Assembly: GCF_006345805.1 (NCBI RefSeq)
Contig: NC_042997.1
Coordinates: 59,396,001 to 59,460,000, forward strand
Length of the DNA: 64,000 nucleotides
Direction of reading: 5' to 3'
Source of the DNA: Octopus sinensis
Lineage: Eukaryota
This document shows, piece after piece, positions 1 through 12,395 of the stretch (position 1 is its first letter; each line of letters opens with the position of its first letter). The notes under the pieces are model-generated. The model worked only from the letters and a program-made list of their open reading frames with translations. It ran no database searches and had not been told where the DNA came from. A program made the position numbers and the translations under genes.

Positions 1-504
1 TCTTGTTAAAAAGAGCTATTTTTTCTGTATGGAATATACATAGGGGAGGATAGTTACTACGCTCGATAATACACTTAAGAACTAGGATAAATTCCTAGGC
101 TGTCTGCAATTGTAGTTGCGCTGCACCTACGGATACCGTCATTTGGGTGTCTATTTACTAAAGTAAAAACATTCAACCAGCTGTGAATGCTCAATATTCG
201 TCGACACTTCATATGAACTTTTGGCACTTAGGAGAGGCAGGCCGTTATCCTCTCATGGCGAAGAAAAACTTGTTTAAACAATTTGTAGTTATGTAGGAGT
301 ATGTACGAGTGTGAACCGTAGTTTCTAACAATTTAGCATGCAATTATGATAATGTAATGCTGTCCTTAAAGAGCACTGTAGCGAGTCAGTACTAAACTGG
401 GCAAGCGCTAAGCTAGCTATTACTGGAAAATATCGTTTGTTTACAAGTGTTGTTTCTTTCTGATGACCAACTGTGGCGCATGTGGTAGTGGTGGTGGTGG
501 TGTG

Positions 505-510
505 CGTGTA

Positions 511-558
<48 letters not shown>
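505..558. repeat. (GT)n/(GA)n compound microsatellite
   Basis: Dinucleotide runs seen directly. Confidence 0.95.
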
Positions 559-562
<4 letters not shown>

Positions 563-1496
563 TATGTGCATCGTTTAACTGTCTTGATAATCTTGTTCAA
601 AGTGTACTATGAATGGGGTAAAGATAGTGTATGTAATTCTTAGTATTTTTGTCTGTAGTGTGAGTTTGATATAATTTACGAGCGTGATCGCTGTTGTATC
701 TCTAGTATTACTGATAAGAAAGGAGAAGGTAGGTTGGGTTGATGCTACTTCGAGTCTGTAGTTTTTTAGAACTAGTTTTCTCTTTGATTGATTTAAATGT
801 GGATTGGTTATGCGCAAGCTGTAGCGTCATAGTTGAATTAATAATAACCATAAGGTGGTTGAAACATTGCAATGATAGTGGCAAGATTCAAGCCATCCCA
901 ACCTCACATTTGATTATCTGATATTTCCAACTACACGGCTATTTGTGCTCTTACACCAGTAAATAACACTTGCAATTTCAAAACAACTTCCTTATCAATT
1001 TAAACTGATATTTTTGCACAGAAACAAAGCGCAGGGAACTGAGAGCAGAAGGATTAAGGTTATAATGGCGGCTACAGGTTTTTCAAACGTGCTATACTAT
1101 AATGAAAGCTTCTTTTTAATTAGTTAGGAGTATGTAACTTTTACTAAAAGAAAGCAATCACTAAAGTCTACACCGTTTAGAAAATTCTTTAAAATTCTAA
1201 CTTTAATATATATATTTTTATCAGTAATGTGGTTTTCAAATTTCTTTCGACTACAGAAAACTAATTTTAGTTGACATTGAGATAACGTTCCCTCTTTGTC
1301 TTTTCTCTCTCTCTCCTACACTTCACTGTGTTACTTTCTACAGACATATCAGTAAAAACATTTCTCCAAATTTTAAGTTTAATCCAACATCAAAGTTATG
1401 TTGATTTCAGTATCCTTTCATATTTGTTGGGTGTTTTTGAAGTAATAGAAAACTGAAGAAAAGTGGTTTAGTTTTCTTCCGTTAATTTATATAAAA

Positions 1497-2014
1497 CTAG
1501 CAATATCGCCCGGCGTTGCTCGGGTTTGTAAGGGAAATAACTATATAAGCATTTTTAGAGAGTTACTTCCTTTATAGATGCCAATTCGAGCTTTCTTAGC
1601 CATTTCTGTTTTGGTGTCTTCAAGCCATGAAGTCGTTGTTCTAAAAGAACGCTGGTCTCCTTGACAACGCATTACGACGTTGATTTCCTTAAACTCCCTT
1701 CCCCACAGCTTCACGAGGGAGGGAAGAAGGGGGAGAAGCAAACACAGGTGCAGGTGTTTGAGCGTGGACGCCAACTCCGCCGCCATCGACACACGAAAAA
1801 TTATGCATTAAAATGGAATAAAAAATGATGTTAAATTATTTTTTAAATCGTAGACTCATCGTAGACGCGCGCTAATAGCCAGACGGGCTCGATATTAAAT
1901 CACGACTATAAGATACCCGAATTTGGTTAAACTGCACCGCAAAATGTGGGAGGAGTTAGGAATCTAAATCGTAGGAGACAGACACTCACACAACTACAGT
2001 TTTATATATATAGA
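1497..2014 (-). mobile_element. Non-autonomous Helitron, family H1
   Basis: Minus strand begins TCTATATATATAAAA and ends CCCGAGCAACGCCGGGCGATATTGCTAG. It sits between host A and T with no TSD. Near-identical copy at 56603-57126. Confidence 0.85.
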
Positions 2015-2744
2015 TATAAACTTGTCTAATTTTCTTTCAAGTAAAGTATTCCTTTGCTGAGATTTCCACTGAATAATAAACAATGTGAATTGGCTAGACT
2101 TTTGACCCGGAAACAGTTTCGAACTCACCTCAACTTCTATATTTACTCTAAAGTGATCTCAAAGCTAATCAAAGGGAATTGATATAATGCGGATAAACGA
2201 GACTGACATTTACGATCTAGTTTCGAATTCCAAAGTGCAACGACTTCCCATTTAGAAGAACACGTCATTGAGAAAAACAGGATCTCACAACGTCTTGTTT
2301 ACATTCTTTTAAAGAAATCTTATTTTACGAAGCATAGAAAACAGAACATTCGATTCTCTTGCAAAACATTCACCAGTTTTGTTTAAGAGGAAATGAAGTC
2401 AAGTAAGTGCCAGCAATCTTCATTTTGATACAGCTTGTTCTTTTTTTCAGAGGTTATTTGTGTCAACTTGCGGAGTGCTTCAAGATTCTGAAACCTGGTA
2501 AATTAATTTAACAAAAGATCCTGTAATTATTTTGATCAGGAGTTTTTCGTAAACCAACACAACGATTCCGTTTCGAACCTCAGTTAAAGTCTGTTCCCAT
2601 ACGCCTGTAATTCTCATAAGAAAGGTGTTATATGTAATCACTATTATATTTTATTCATCTCCATAAACCTTATACCTCAGAGTACCGGTAATGTATTAGG
2701 ATCGATTCAATCGAACACAAATTTGTAGTTGCGCCAAAGTCTGG

Positions 2745-3015
2745 GGCGTCGGACAAAACGCCTTGCAGTATTTGTTCCGGTTCTTTACGCTCTGAGCTCA
2801 AATCCTGCCGAGATCAACTTTGCTTTTCATCAGCATGAAGTCAATGAAATAAAGTACTGGGATCGACATAATCAACTCATCTCTAAATTTGTGGCCTTGT
2901 ACCTATGGCTTTTTTTTTTTTACTAAACGAGTACTAAGCTCGATTCATTCGACTAAAAACAAAACCCTTCAAGACGGTGCCCCAGCATGGTCGCAGTCCA
3001 GTGACTGAAACAAGA
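2745..3015 (+). mobile_element. Decayed tRNA-SINE fragments (family B body, then family A 3' tail)
   Basis: Similar to 7533-7762, then to the GGTGCCCCAGCATGG...GACTGAAACAAG tail of family A. Confidence 0.65.
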
Positions 3016-3139
3016 AACAGTTTAACAATAAAACATTATTCAACATTCAGTGGAATATCAGAAATAGAAGAGCATTTTATGTTCTCTTTACATTCAGAAT
3101 TCATATCCAACTGCGATTGACTTAGACATTAAATACTAT

Positions 3140-3645
3140 TGTAGTGATCCTATAACGGTGCGCGCTCGCGCATCGTCCATTTGTATTTCGCGCGTGTTGG
3201 TGCCTTTACCAAGGCACAGAAAGGAAGGGCCCTCTCGCGCATGCGCGAACCACCGGAAGCACGACCCTAGCGAGGCAAGGGGGTCGTAGAACGTTTGACC
3301 ACTAGCAGCAGTCATCGGGGACTTGGGACCCAGCGATTGAAGGCGGCGGTCACGATATATTTTCTCTCCGGTTGATAGCAGCAGTCGGCCGAATGCCTTT
3401 AACCAAATTGTTGCCGACCACATTCAACTTCCCTGTTCGACGCCATCTTGACCCCTTTCTGGTTTAGCGGCTGGATATTGTAAATATTACAATCGATTAA
3501 CTTTCAGCCTTGCGCGCCCCGAACCAAGGACATCAGATAACACACTTATTGTTATTGTTACCAAGAAAGAGAATAAAGTAGTATATATATATTTTACGTT
3601 TGCGTCTTGTTGTTTCTGACGGGCAGAGATTCTGGATTATTAAAG
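3140..3645 (+). mobile_element. Probable solo LTR (CpG-rich), Gypsy-like
   Basis: Starts TGTAGTGATCC, has AATAAAG near 3572 and a degenerate inverted end GGATTATTAAA near 3634-3644. Sharply GC/CpG-rich relative to flanks. No TSD found, so a CpG-rich promoter cannot be excluded. Confidence 0.5.
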
Positions 3646-4109
3646 CAACGGCTAGTGAGTGATTGCTTTCTTGTACCCCAAAAGTACAAGATCAGATATT
3701 CACATCACCCACGCTAAGTTCGTTTCACTATTAACGAAATGGAGTCGGTTCAATCAAATATACTCCGTGTTATATGGTATATGCCAGCTGTGTGACCAAC
3801 TGGTTGCTTTAATGGCGGGGAATTCCATTAGAGAAGTTTTAATCGATTTTCTCGGTAACTATCGGAGCTGGAGAAAAATACAAAGCGCATTCCAATCTAT
3901 GCACCCGTCCCCACATGTGTGCCATTTTTCGCGCGAATCCACCCAGCCGTTTGGCTGTGAACCTCAAGACAAGAAAGAATACAATGATCGCCCACGTCCA
4001 ATTTATATCATAGAATATCCTTCCGGTTGTTACTGTTAGTTTACTGAAGTCAATTCGATCAACTCATAAATAAGGAAAACATCACAATACGTGTGTGCGC
4101 GCGCGCATG

Positions 4110-4220
4110 TAAGGCGTGAGTTTGTAGTAAGAAGTGTGCTTCTCAACTACAAGGTTCCAGGTTCAGTCCCACTACGCGACACTTTGAACAAGTATCTTCT
4201 AGTATAGCCCCGTTCAAATA
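4110..4220 (+). mobile_element. SINE family A 5' fragment
   Basis: GGTTCAGTCCCACTACGCGACACTTTGAACAAGTATCTTCTAGTATAGCC resembles the head of 10338-10782. Confidence 0.7.
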
Positions 4221-4689
4221 CAAGTGGCATTTTCCTTGTTTCTGCTTGTCTCTGTCTCTCTTGTTTACTCTTGTGGGTTCGAGGTCGTTCTGAATTCTTG
4301 GTAGGGAAGAAGAAGAAGAATGTGGGAGTGCCATGACAGTTGGTCAGCTGCCCCGAAAATGACCCTGACCCGCTGTGGATAATAGCAGTAAATGTTCAGT
4401 TCATGAAACATCTCTTTTGAATGTTTTGTTTATAAAATTTGCGTAGGTGTTAAAGTTAGGAAGGAGAAGGAAGGAGTCAAAGAAGAAGAAGAGGAAGAAA
4501 GAGAAGGGAGAATAAGAAGGAATGTAGGTAGTGTGAAAGTAGTACGGTGTTAAATGTTCAAATGACTTAAAATTGGCACATTATGGACTATAGCAGTGAT
4601 TGGGACTTATTTTTAATTAATTCTTGGGAATCTCTTGAGTGTATCATTTATAATATTTGCGTGTGTATTTGTGTTATTCTAAGGCCGTG

Positions 4690-4887
4690 GTAGATATGTG
4701 GTTTATTGTAGACGCGTTCAAAAGGGGGTCTGTATTTTGTAATAAAGAGAGTCTCTTTAATAATTCGTTGGCTCCAGGTTGTATCGTCCCTGAATTAGTA
4801 GAGGGGGAGAATTCAGAAGCTTGGATTTTTGTTATTGGCGCAAATGTCTATGTGTTGGCTGTTTTGGGGAATTTTTATATATATATA

Positions 4888-4930
<43 letters not shown>

Positions 4931-5100
4931 ATATTGTTGTTGCTGTTGGCATCCTTTTTGTCTCGGGAGACAATGGAGTTGCGCATAAAATAGTCCAGTC
5001 CGGCTTTTACATTTCATGTCCTGATACATTTCCTGCTGTGGCTGTGTAGTCCTAAAGTAATTTTCCAATCCCAGTTGCGATCACTTCGCTTCACATATGT
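4690..5100 (-). pseudogene. Penelope-like element GIY-YIG endonuclease remnant, interrupted by (TA)n
   Basis: Manual minus-strand translation gives SQHIDICANNKNPSF*ILPLY*FRDDTTWSQRIIKETLFITKYRPP, which fits the PLE C-terminal pattern H...R..KE..FI..Y.P. Confidence 0.6.
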
Positions 5101-5940
5101 TCCTAAAATTCTTCGAAAATGTGGGACGTTGCTCGATTATATGTCATGACAGCACTAATGCACGCACAATTAAACACATGTCGGTCGTAAGAAATTATAC
5201 GATCAGCCATTACATGAAAGAATTAAAACTACAGATCAGTTGAAAACCTTAAGTAAATCGAGCAGTTGAGAGAAACACTTATGTACTTGACGGGTTTGCT
5301 AAGTAACGCAGCTAAGTGTCCTTCAAATCCTATGACATACTTAAGAAAAGAAATGGATAAATGTAATCTTAGATATACTATGTCAAATTAACATATGGGA
5401 TGATCACAAATGGAACACCCTTGACCACAGATGGGCCTGCCCAAATCAGAGGTGACTAAATAAAGGCAACCACGAGAATGACCATTTATCATCATCCGGT
5501 TTGACACCACAATTTGGTCATTAGATGGCCTTAGCAGGACTCAGTTGCAAGCATTCGGAATAATTATCTGGTTTGATGATACTTTATTATTTCCATCCCA
5601 CACATCACAGATGCTGTATAAAGGGTCAAAAGCATTGCCCTTCCTGCCTAGGGGATGAAACAAGAAAACAAAACATTTCCTACTGCTTCGCAAATTAAGT
5701 CGCCAAGTATTTCCAATGACAAGTCACAGAAGGATTGTCAAAGAAGAAAAATTTGCGTTATTTGTCACAAACATCTTTCGTCAAAATTATTAAACAATGA
5801 ATAATGTCCTGCCACACCTGGATCGGAATTCGAGGACATGGCTGTAATTTCTTAAAGATTTTAAGTAAACAGGTTGCAACACTGTGATTACTGTCTTTAC
5901 AAGTGTAACCGGAATTTCAGAAAGGGGAGGGTTTACTATT

Positions 5941-6149
5941 TTTACTCTTTTATTTGTTTCAGTCATTTGACTGCGGCCATGCTGGAGCACCGCCTTTAAT
6001 CGAGCAACTCGACCCCAGAACTTATTCTTTTGTAAGCCCAGTACTTATTCTATCGGTCTCTTTTGCCGAACCGCTAAGTAACGGGGACATAAACACACCA
6101 GCATCGGTTGTCAAGCAATGCTAGGGGGACAAACACAGACACACAAACA

Positions 6150-6193
<44 letters not shown>

Positions 6194-6352
6194 TACGACG
6201 GGCTTCTTTAAGTTTCCATCTACCAAATCCACTCACAAGGCTTTGGTCGGCACGAGGCTATAGTAGAAGACATTTGCCCAAGGTGCCACGGAGTGGAACT
6301 GAACCCGGAACCATGTGGTTGGTAAACAAGCTACTTACCACACAGCCACTCC
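5941..6352 (-). mobile_element. Full-length tRNA-derived SINE family A with internal (TA)n
   Basis: A-box TGGCTGTGTGG, B-box-like GGTTCAGTTCC and CORE-like CCTTGGGCAAATGTCTT. Many copies in the window. Confidence 0.9.
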
Positions 6353-7150
6353 TTGATGATTTGTCAATAACATTAATAACACACACATACATAGCAGATA
6401 TATGATAAAAGGTCAGTATTTTTAAAGAGTAGCATATCTAAAGCTACATTATCCCCCAATGTATCTTTTCTTCTTAAATATAATTTGGTGAAATATAGGT
6501 TGAGCAGTAATGTAGAGGCTTCTTCGTTGGCTCGTGTAATAGTTAGCACGAAGTCAACAATGTGTTGAAGTATTGAATCAAAAGGATCTAACCATTTTAA
6601 TTCAATCTCTTATCGCCACATAAACTTAACTTTTTAATGGGGAGATAACCCAACTTTTAATGGCAATTTTTTTAATGGGAGTGAGATAACCAAAAAGTAC
6701 CATGTATTAATTTTCTTTTCATCCACCCATGGTTCTCCTGGGTTATCTGTTGTATATACCACTACTACATACTCGTCTATCTGTCTATCAATCAATCAGG
6801 ACCAGAAAACAGTTCAGACTCAATCAAATTCCTGGCCCTCTGGAAAGTTCAAGTAAGGTCCCAAATTACTATATTACTTACTCCTTTATGATGGTGACGC
6901 TGTATACGCATGCTCAAACATTTTAAGCAATCCCAAAATGAAGATCATCCGTCTGGCTGACACCAGTACATGTGCACACATTTGTCTGTCTATCCGTCTA
7001 TATATCTATCTATCTACAGAATGCGTCAGAAACACATACCGTATTCTACGTGCCCGTAAGGGTGGCGTTGGTGAAATTAGCCAGATAGTAACAGTGTTTT
7101 CATGTAACTAATGCTTTACCGTGTTTTCCATTTCAGTTATTGTCATATTT

Positions 7151-7270
7151 TGGGCTGGTGTACGCCGTGCGTTTGCTGTAAAAACGTTCATCAAGAATGG
7201 TGAGTCTGTGATTGCGAGTTGACTTAAGTGGTGAGGAGTGTACAACTAGCTCGTTCAAGAAAACGTTTTA
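7151..7270 (+). pseudogene. Tc1/mariner transposase N-terminal (DUF4817-like HTH) remnant
   Basis: Translates WAGVRRAFAVKTFIKNGESVIA, similar to the N-terminal motif RAFAVE.FFKN.ESVIA recalled for Tc1/mariner transposases. Confidence 0.5.
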
Positions 7271-7532
7271 GAAAAGGCAAGGAGAGAGAGAGAGAAACAG
7301 TGTTTTCTTGAGAAGTGAATCTTTGCTAATCAGACAGATAATCTTCATTTTGGGATTGCTTAAAATGTTTGCGCATGCGTATACAGCGTCACCATCATAG
7401 AGGAGTAAGTAATATAGTAATTTGGGACCTTACTTGAGCTTTCCAGAGGGCCAGGAATTTGATTGGGTCTGAACTGTTTTCTGGTCCTGATTGATTGACA
7501 AACAGATAGACGAGTATGTGTGTATGTAGTAG

Positions 7533-7762
7533 TGGTGAGCTGGCAGAAACGTTAGCACGCCGGGCGAAATGCTTAGCGGTATTTCGTCTGCGTTACGTTG
7601 TGAGTTCGAATTCCGCCGATGTCGACTTTGCCTTTCACCCTTTCGGGGTCGATAAATTAAGTACCAGTTACGCACTGGGGTCGATGTAATCGACTTAATA
7701 CCTATGCCTGTTCTTGTTTGTCCCCTCTGTGTTTAGCCCCTTGTGGGTAATAAAGAAATAGG
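7533..7762 (+). mobile_element. tRNA-derived SINE family B (Deu/Nin-like central domain)
   Basis: GAGCTGGCAGAAACGTTAGC head, B-box GAGTTCGAATTCC, and GCCTTTCACCCTTTCGGGGTCGATAAATTAAGTACC. Absent from the opposite arm of the inverted repeat. Confidence 0.9.
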
Positions 7763-7819
7763 TATATACAATAGATAACCCAGGAGAACCATGGGTGATT
7801 GTAAAGAAAATGAATAGAT

Positions 7820-8199
7820 GGTACTTTTTGGTTATCTCACCCCCATTAAAAACTGGGTTATCTCCCCATTAAAAAGTTGAGTTTATGTGGCGATAAGAGA
7901 TTGGATTAAAAGGGTTAGATCCTTTTGATTCAATACTTCAACACATTGTTGACTTTTGGCCAACTCAGCCTTCCATTATAGATGTTTAATTTTTTCAGTT
8001 TTATCGTTTATTAATTCTTTCAGTTTTGTATGATTTGTTATAAAAATATTATCAGATTCAATAAGGTGTTTAATCTTTTCACTTTCCATGTTTAGTAATT
8101 TTTCTTTTTTTTTTTTGTTTTATTGAGGGTTAAACAATATTTTTTTAGTTGGGGAAGATAAACCAATTTTTTAATGGGGTAAGATAGCCAAAAAGTACC
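7820..8199. mobile_element. MITE, Merlin-like
   Basis: TIRs GGTACTTTTTGGTTATCT / AGATAGCCAAAAAGTACC. Flanks GAATAGAT (7812-7819) and GAATCGAT (8200-8207) form a 7/8 match 8-bp TSD. GG termini with an 8-bp TSD fit Merlin. Confidence 0.7.
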
Positions 8200-8269
8200 G
8201 AATCGATTTATAGATATGTGACATTTTTTAATCTATATGTTTATCAGAATTCTATTTATATCTTTTATC

Positions 8270-8506
8270 ATTTACTTGTTTCAGTCAGACTGCAGCCATG
8301 CGGGGCGGGAAGGGGGGGGGGCACCGCCTTCAAGAATTTTTAGTCGAATGAATCGACCCCAGTACTTAATTTTATTTTAAGCCGTTGACTTATTCCATCG
8401 GTCTTTTTGCCGAAGCGCTAAGTTACGGGGACGTAAACGCACCGACACTGGTTGTCAAGTGGTGGTGGGGAACAGGCACAAACACACACACATATAACAT
8501 ATATAT
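8270..8506 (-). mobile_element. SINE family A 3' half
   Basis: Similar to 5941-6150. Truncated at its internal microsatellite where the RTE begins. Confidence 0.8.
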
Positions 8507-10296
8507 GTAGGTGGGGTCCAGTTAGAATTTTCTTCGGGTCGAGTAGCCCATCCCGCTCAAAAGGTCCCTGAATAAGGGTGGTCTAAGGAACCTGGCTTTC
8601 GTTGACATGGAGAAAGCCTTTGACAGGGTCCCCCGATCCCTTATCTGGTGGTTAATAAGGAAACTAGGGATAGATGAATGGTTAGTGAGAGCTGTGCGAG
8701 CCATGTACAAGGACACTGTCAGTAAGGTGATGGTTGGCAACGAGTACAGTGAAGAATTCCGGGTAGAGGTGGGGGTCCACCAAGGTTCAGTCCTCAGTCC
8801 TCTCCTATTTATCATAATTCTCCAGACATAAAGGAGCCCCTGGGAGCTCCTGTATGCTGACGACCTTGCTCTAATTGCTGAGTCACTATCAGAACAAGAG
8901 AAGTTTCAAGTGTTGAAACAAGGATTAGAATTGAAGGGCCTTAGAGTCAACCTAGCTAAAACCAATGTCCTAATAAGTAGAAAGGCAAGCAAACCATAAA
9001 TCCCTTCAGGTAGAAGGCCCTGCTCGATCTGTAGAAAAGGCGTAGGTAGAAACTCTATAAGATGTACCCAGTGTAAGCTATGGACACATAAGAGGTGCAG
9101 CAATATGACAGGAAGGCTAACTGGGAAGATAGTTTTTGTATGTGGCAGATGCTCAGGAGCAATAAACACTGAAAATGTGCAGAGAACAACTTCCGCCACA
9201 TTCCAGGGAGAAAAACTAGAAGTAGTTGATAGCTTCCGTTACCCAGGTGACCAAGTCAGTAGCGGGGGAGGGTGCCCTGAAAGTGTAGCTGCTAGAATAA
9301 GAATAGCCTGGGCAAAAGTTCAGAGAGCTCTTACCTCTGCTGGTGACAAAGGACCTCTCGCTCAGAGTAAAAGGTGGACTGTATGACGTATGTGTATGAA
9401 CAGCCATGCTACATGGCAGTGAAACATGGGCTGTGACTACTGAGGACATGCGTAAGCTCGAAAGGAATGAAGCCAGTATGTTCCGATGGATGTGTAATGT
9501 CAGTGTGCATACTTGCCAGAGTGTAAGTACCTTGAGAGAAAAGTTGGACCTAAGAAGCCTCAAATGTGGTGTGCAAGAGAGACGACTGCGCTGGTATGGC
9601 CATGCGGCGAGAATGGATGAGGATAGCTGTGTGAAAAAGCGCCACACCCTAGCGGTTGAGGGAACCTGTGGAAGAGGTAAACCCAAGAAGACCTGTGATG
9701 AGGTGGTGAAGCATGACCTTCGAACATTGGGCCTCACCGAGGCAATGACTAGTGAGCGGGACCTTTGGAAATATGCTATGTTTGAGAAGACTCGGCAAGC
9801 CAAATGAGACCATAACCTCGTGGCCTACGCCAGGGGTGTAACCAGCCCACTTATGCATACCTTTCCTACATTGGACACTCAACTCTGCTTGCGAAGACCT
9901 GTTGAGACAAGGGAAATCGAAATCAAATTTGTTGGCTGGCATCCGTGCTAGTGGAGCACTAAGAGTACCATCCGAGCGTGATTGTTACCTGTGTCAACTT
10001 ATTGGCTAGTGAAAAAACATTCGAGTGAGGTTGTTGCCAGTGCCGCTGGACTGGCTCCTGTGCAGGAGGCTCATAAAAAGCACCATTTGAGCGTGACCGT
10101 TGCCAGTAACGCCTGACTGGCCCTCGTGCTTGTGACACATCAAAGTACCCACTACACTCTCGGAGTGGTTGGCGTTAGCAAGGGCATCCAGCTGTAGAAA
10201 ATCTGCCAGATCATATTGGAGCCTGGTGCAGGCACCTGGTTCGCCAGACCTCAGTCAAATCGTCCAAGGAAAGCGGACGTTAAACGATGATGATGA
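8507..10296 (+). mobile_element. RTE-clade LINE, truncated, with frameshifted RT and (GAT)n tail
   Basis: AFVDMEKAFDRVP, GVHQGSVLSPLLF, LLYADDL, a PHD-like Cys cluster and RRLRWYGH. 3' end GGACGTTAAACGATGATGATG. Confidence 0.93.
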
Positions 10297-10301
10297 CGGT
10301 A

Positions 10302-10337
<36 letters not shown>

Positions 10338-10498
10338 CGCAGGAGTGGCTGTGTGGTAAGTAGCTTGTTTACCAACCACATGGTTCCGGGTTCAGTCCCA
10401 CTGCGTGGCGCCTTGGGCAAGTGTCTTCTACTATAGTCTCGGGCCGACCAAAGCCTTGTGAGTGGATTTGGTAGACGGAAACTGAAAAGAAGCCCGTC

Positions 10499-10538
<40 letters not shown>

Positions 10539-10782
10539 TATATATATATATATATGTATATATGTAGATATATATATGCGTGTGTATGTTTGTGTTTGTC
10601 CCTCTAGCATTGCTTGACAACCGATGCTGGTGTGTTTATGTCCCCGTTACTTAGCGGTTCGGCAAAACAGACCGATAGAATAAGTACTGGGCTTACAAAA
10701 AGAATAAGTCCCGGGCTCGAGTTGCTCGATTAAAGGCGGTGCTCCAGCATGGCCACAGTCAAATGACTGAAACAAGTAAATG
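10338..10782 (+). mobile_element. Full-length SINE family A
   Basis: GCAGGAGTGGCTGTGTGGTAAG...ACTGAAACAAGTAAA with CpGs retained. Confidence 0.9.
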
Positions 10783-11327
10783 AGTATGTGTGTGTGTATA
10801 AAATATATATTTACCTGCATATTCATCATGGTTGTATTTACGCAATAATATTTTTATATTTTTTTTAGTATTCGTCGTCAGATGATATGTGTGAGTATGA
10901 ATGCCCTCAAATTCCTTTTGCTTGTATCTGCTTAATTTAGTTGACCCTACTTGACCTGAAACTATTTAAGTTTAGCTGGGCTCAGTGAAGCATGTTTTAT
11001 CAATTAACAAAGTGCCCCAACCAGCTTCTGTTATTTACGTAACGGAAGTTGACGCTTTCCCTTCCCTAAATGGTTAACACTGTATTTTGTTGTTCTCAGT
11101 ATTTATAAACGATCAGTTGCTGTATCAACATTGTGATTTCAATTAAAATATCACTCCTTTACCGTTATAATAATATCCATGATGACAAACTACCGACCTG
11201 CTAAAAATGACTTTTAAATGGGATAAATTCGGAAATGTAATCTTATATACAGTATATTCTTATAAAAGGCCAGAGCTGACCTGAGGTTAAACTATAACAG
11301 TATCTCCAATGTTTGTTAGGTTTTGAT

Positions 11328-11335
11328 TCTCTGTC

Positions 11336-11415
<80 letters not shown>

Positions 11416-11430
11416 ACACACACACACACT
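11328..11430. repeat. (CT)n/(CA)n microsatellite
   Basis: Seen directly. Confidence 0.95.
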
Positions 11431-11649
11431 CACAAATGAGTACCAGCAGCCTGTGCTCATTTTCAACACAGCAGACTGGAGCAATTTTCAGGTCAAATTG
11501 AGTCAATTAATTTGCATGCACTCACGCTCAAACTTGAGCAATTTGAAATTATGTGCCTCGTTCAAGGACACAACACAGCGACTGTTCCAGGAATTTGAAC
11601 TAGTGAATTTCTGATCATGAACCTAATACCCTGAATCACTATGCCACAA

Positions 11650-11770
11650 CTGACTCCTGCATAGTTTCCACCTACTAACACATTAGTCAACCTGAAGCTT
11701 CAGTACAAAACACTTGATCAAGGCGCTGTGCAGTGGGACTGACCCAGAACCACACAGTTGCCAAGCGAAC
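11650..11770 (-). mobile_element. Decayed SINE family A head
   Basis: ACACTTGATCAAGGCGCTGTGCAGTGGGACTGACCCAGAACCAC resembles the family A reverse complement. Confidence 0.6.
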
Positions 11771-12194
11771 TAATATATATATATATATATATATATAAGA
11801 ATAAAGTAAAGAAATATAAAAAAGTAAAGAAATATATATAAGAATAACACGACATAATTATGTATCCTGTTCTTTCTTTCTTAATGGTGCATTTCCTCCC
11901 TCTTCCAGCGCACAATTTCTATATTTGCAGAAAAGGCAACTTTAAAATTGTAAATGATCATACAGAACACTGGCTCCAGATACAGCCAATGAGAGTGCTT
12001 CTATGTAATTGAGTGCATGAACCGGTTTCGTTTTTCATGTAACGGATTTTAGTGTTCGAAACATTGTGCTGTTCTAGCCCTCTTCTTTCATACTTCAACC
12101 ACTTATCTCCTAATATAATAGCGCCTCATTCTCTACTGAAGCTCTACTCAATCGAAGATTTTAGTCTGGCGAGTTTCACAACAATCTCACTAGT

Positions 12195-12395
12195 TCTGGT
12201 GCCACAAAAAAGCACCTACTACACATTGTAAAGTGGTTGGCACAGGAGAGTTCTGTTGTAGAAATCACACCAAAGGAGACAGATATTGGAGTACAATGTA
12301 GTTCTCAACCCATCGGATCCAGTTACACTGTCTCACACATGCCTGCATGGAAGATGGGCATTGAAAGATGATGATGATGATGATGATGATGATGA
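12195..12395 (+). mobile_element. Old RTE 3' end with (GAT)n tail
   Basis: AAAAAGCACCTACTACAC...GCATGGAAGATGGGCATTGAAAGATGATGATG. Confidence 0.75.

Larger units (their letters stand above)
6551..7955. repeat. Long inverted duplication (arms ~6551-6960 and ~7328-7955)
   Basis: Arms are reverse complements over about 400 bp. The right arm contains a later SINE insertion. Confidence 0.9.

Noticed and set aside
3659-4039. 126-aa ORF downstream of the putative LTR as gag
   Set aside because: No gag motifs, no PBS and a non-ATG start.
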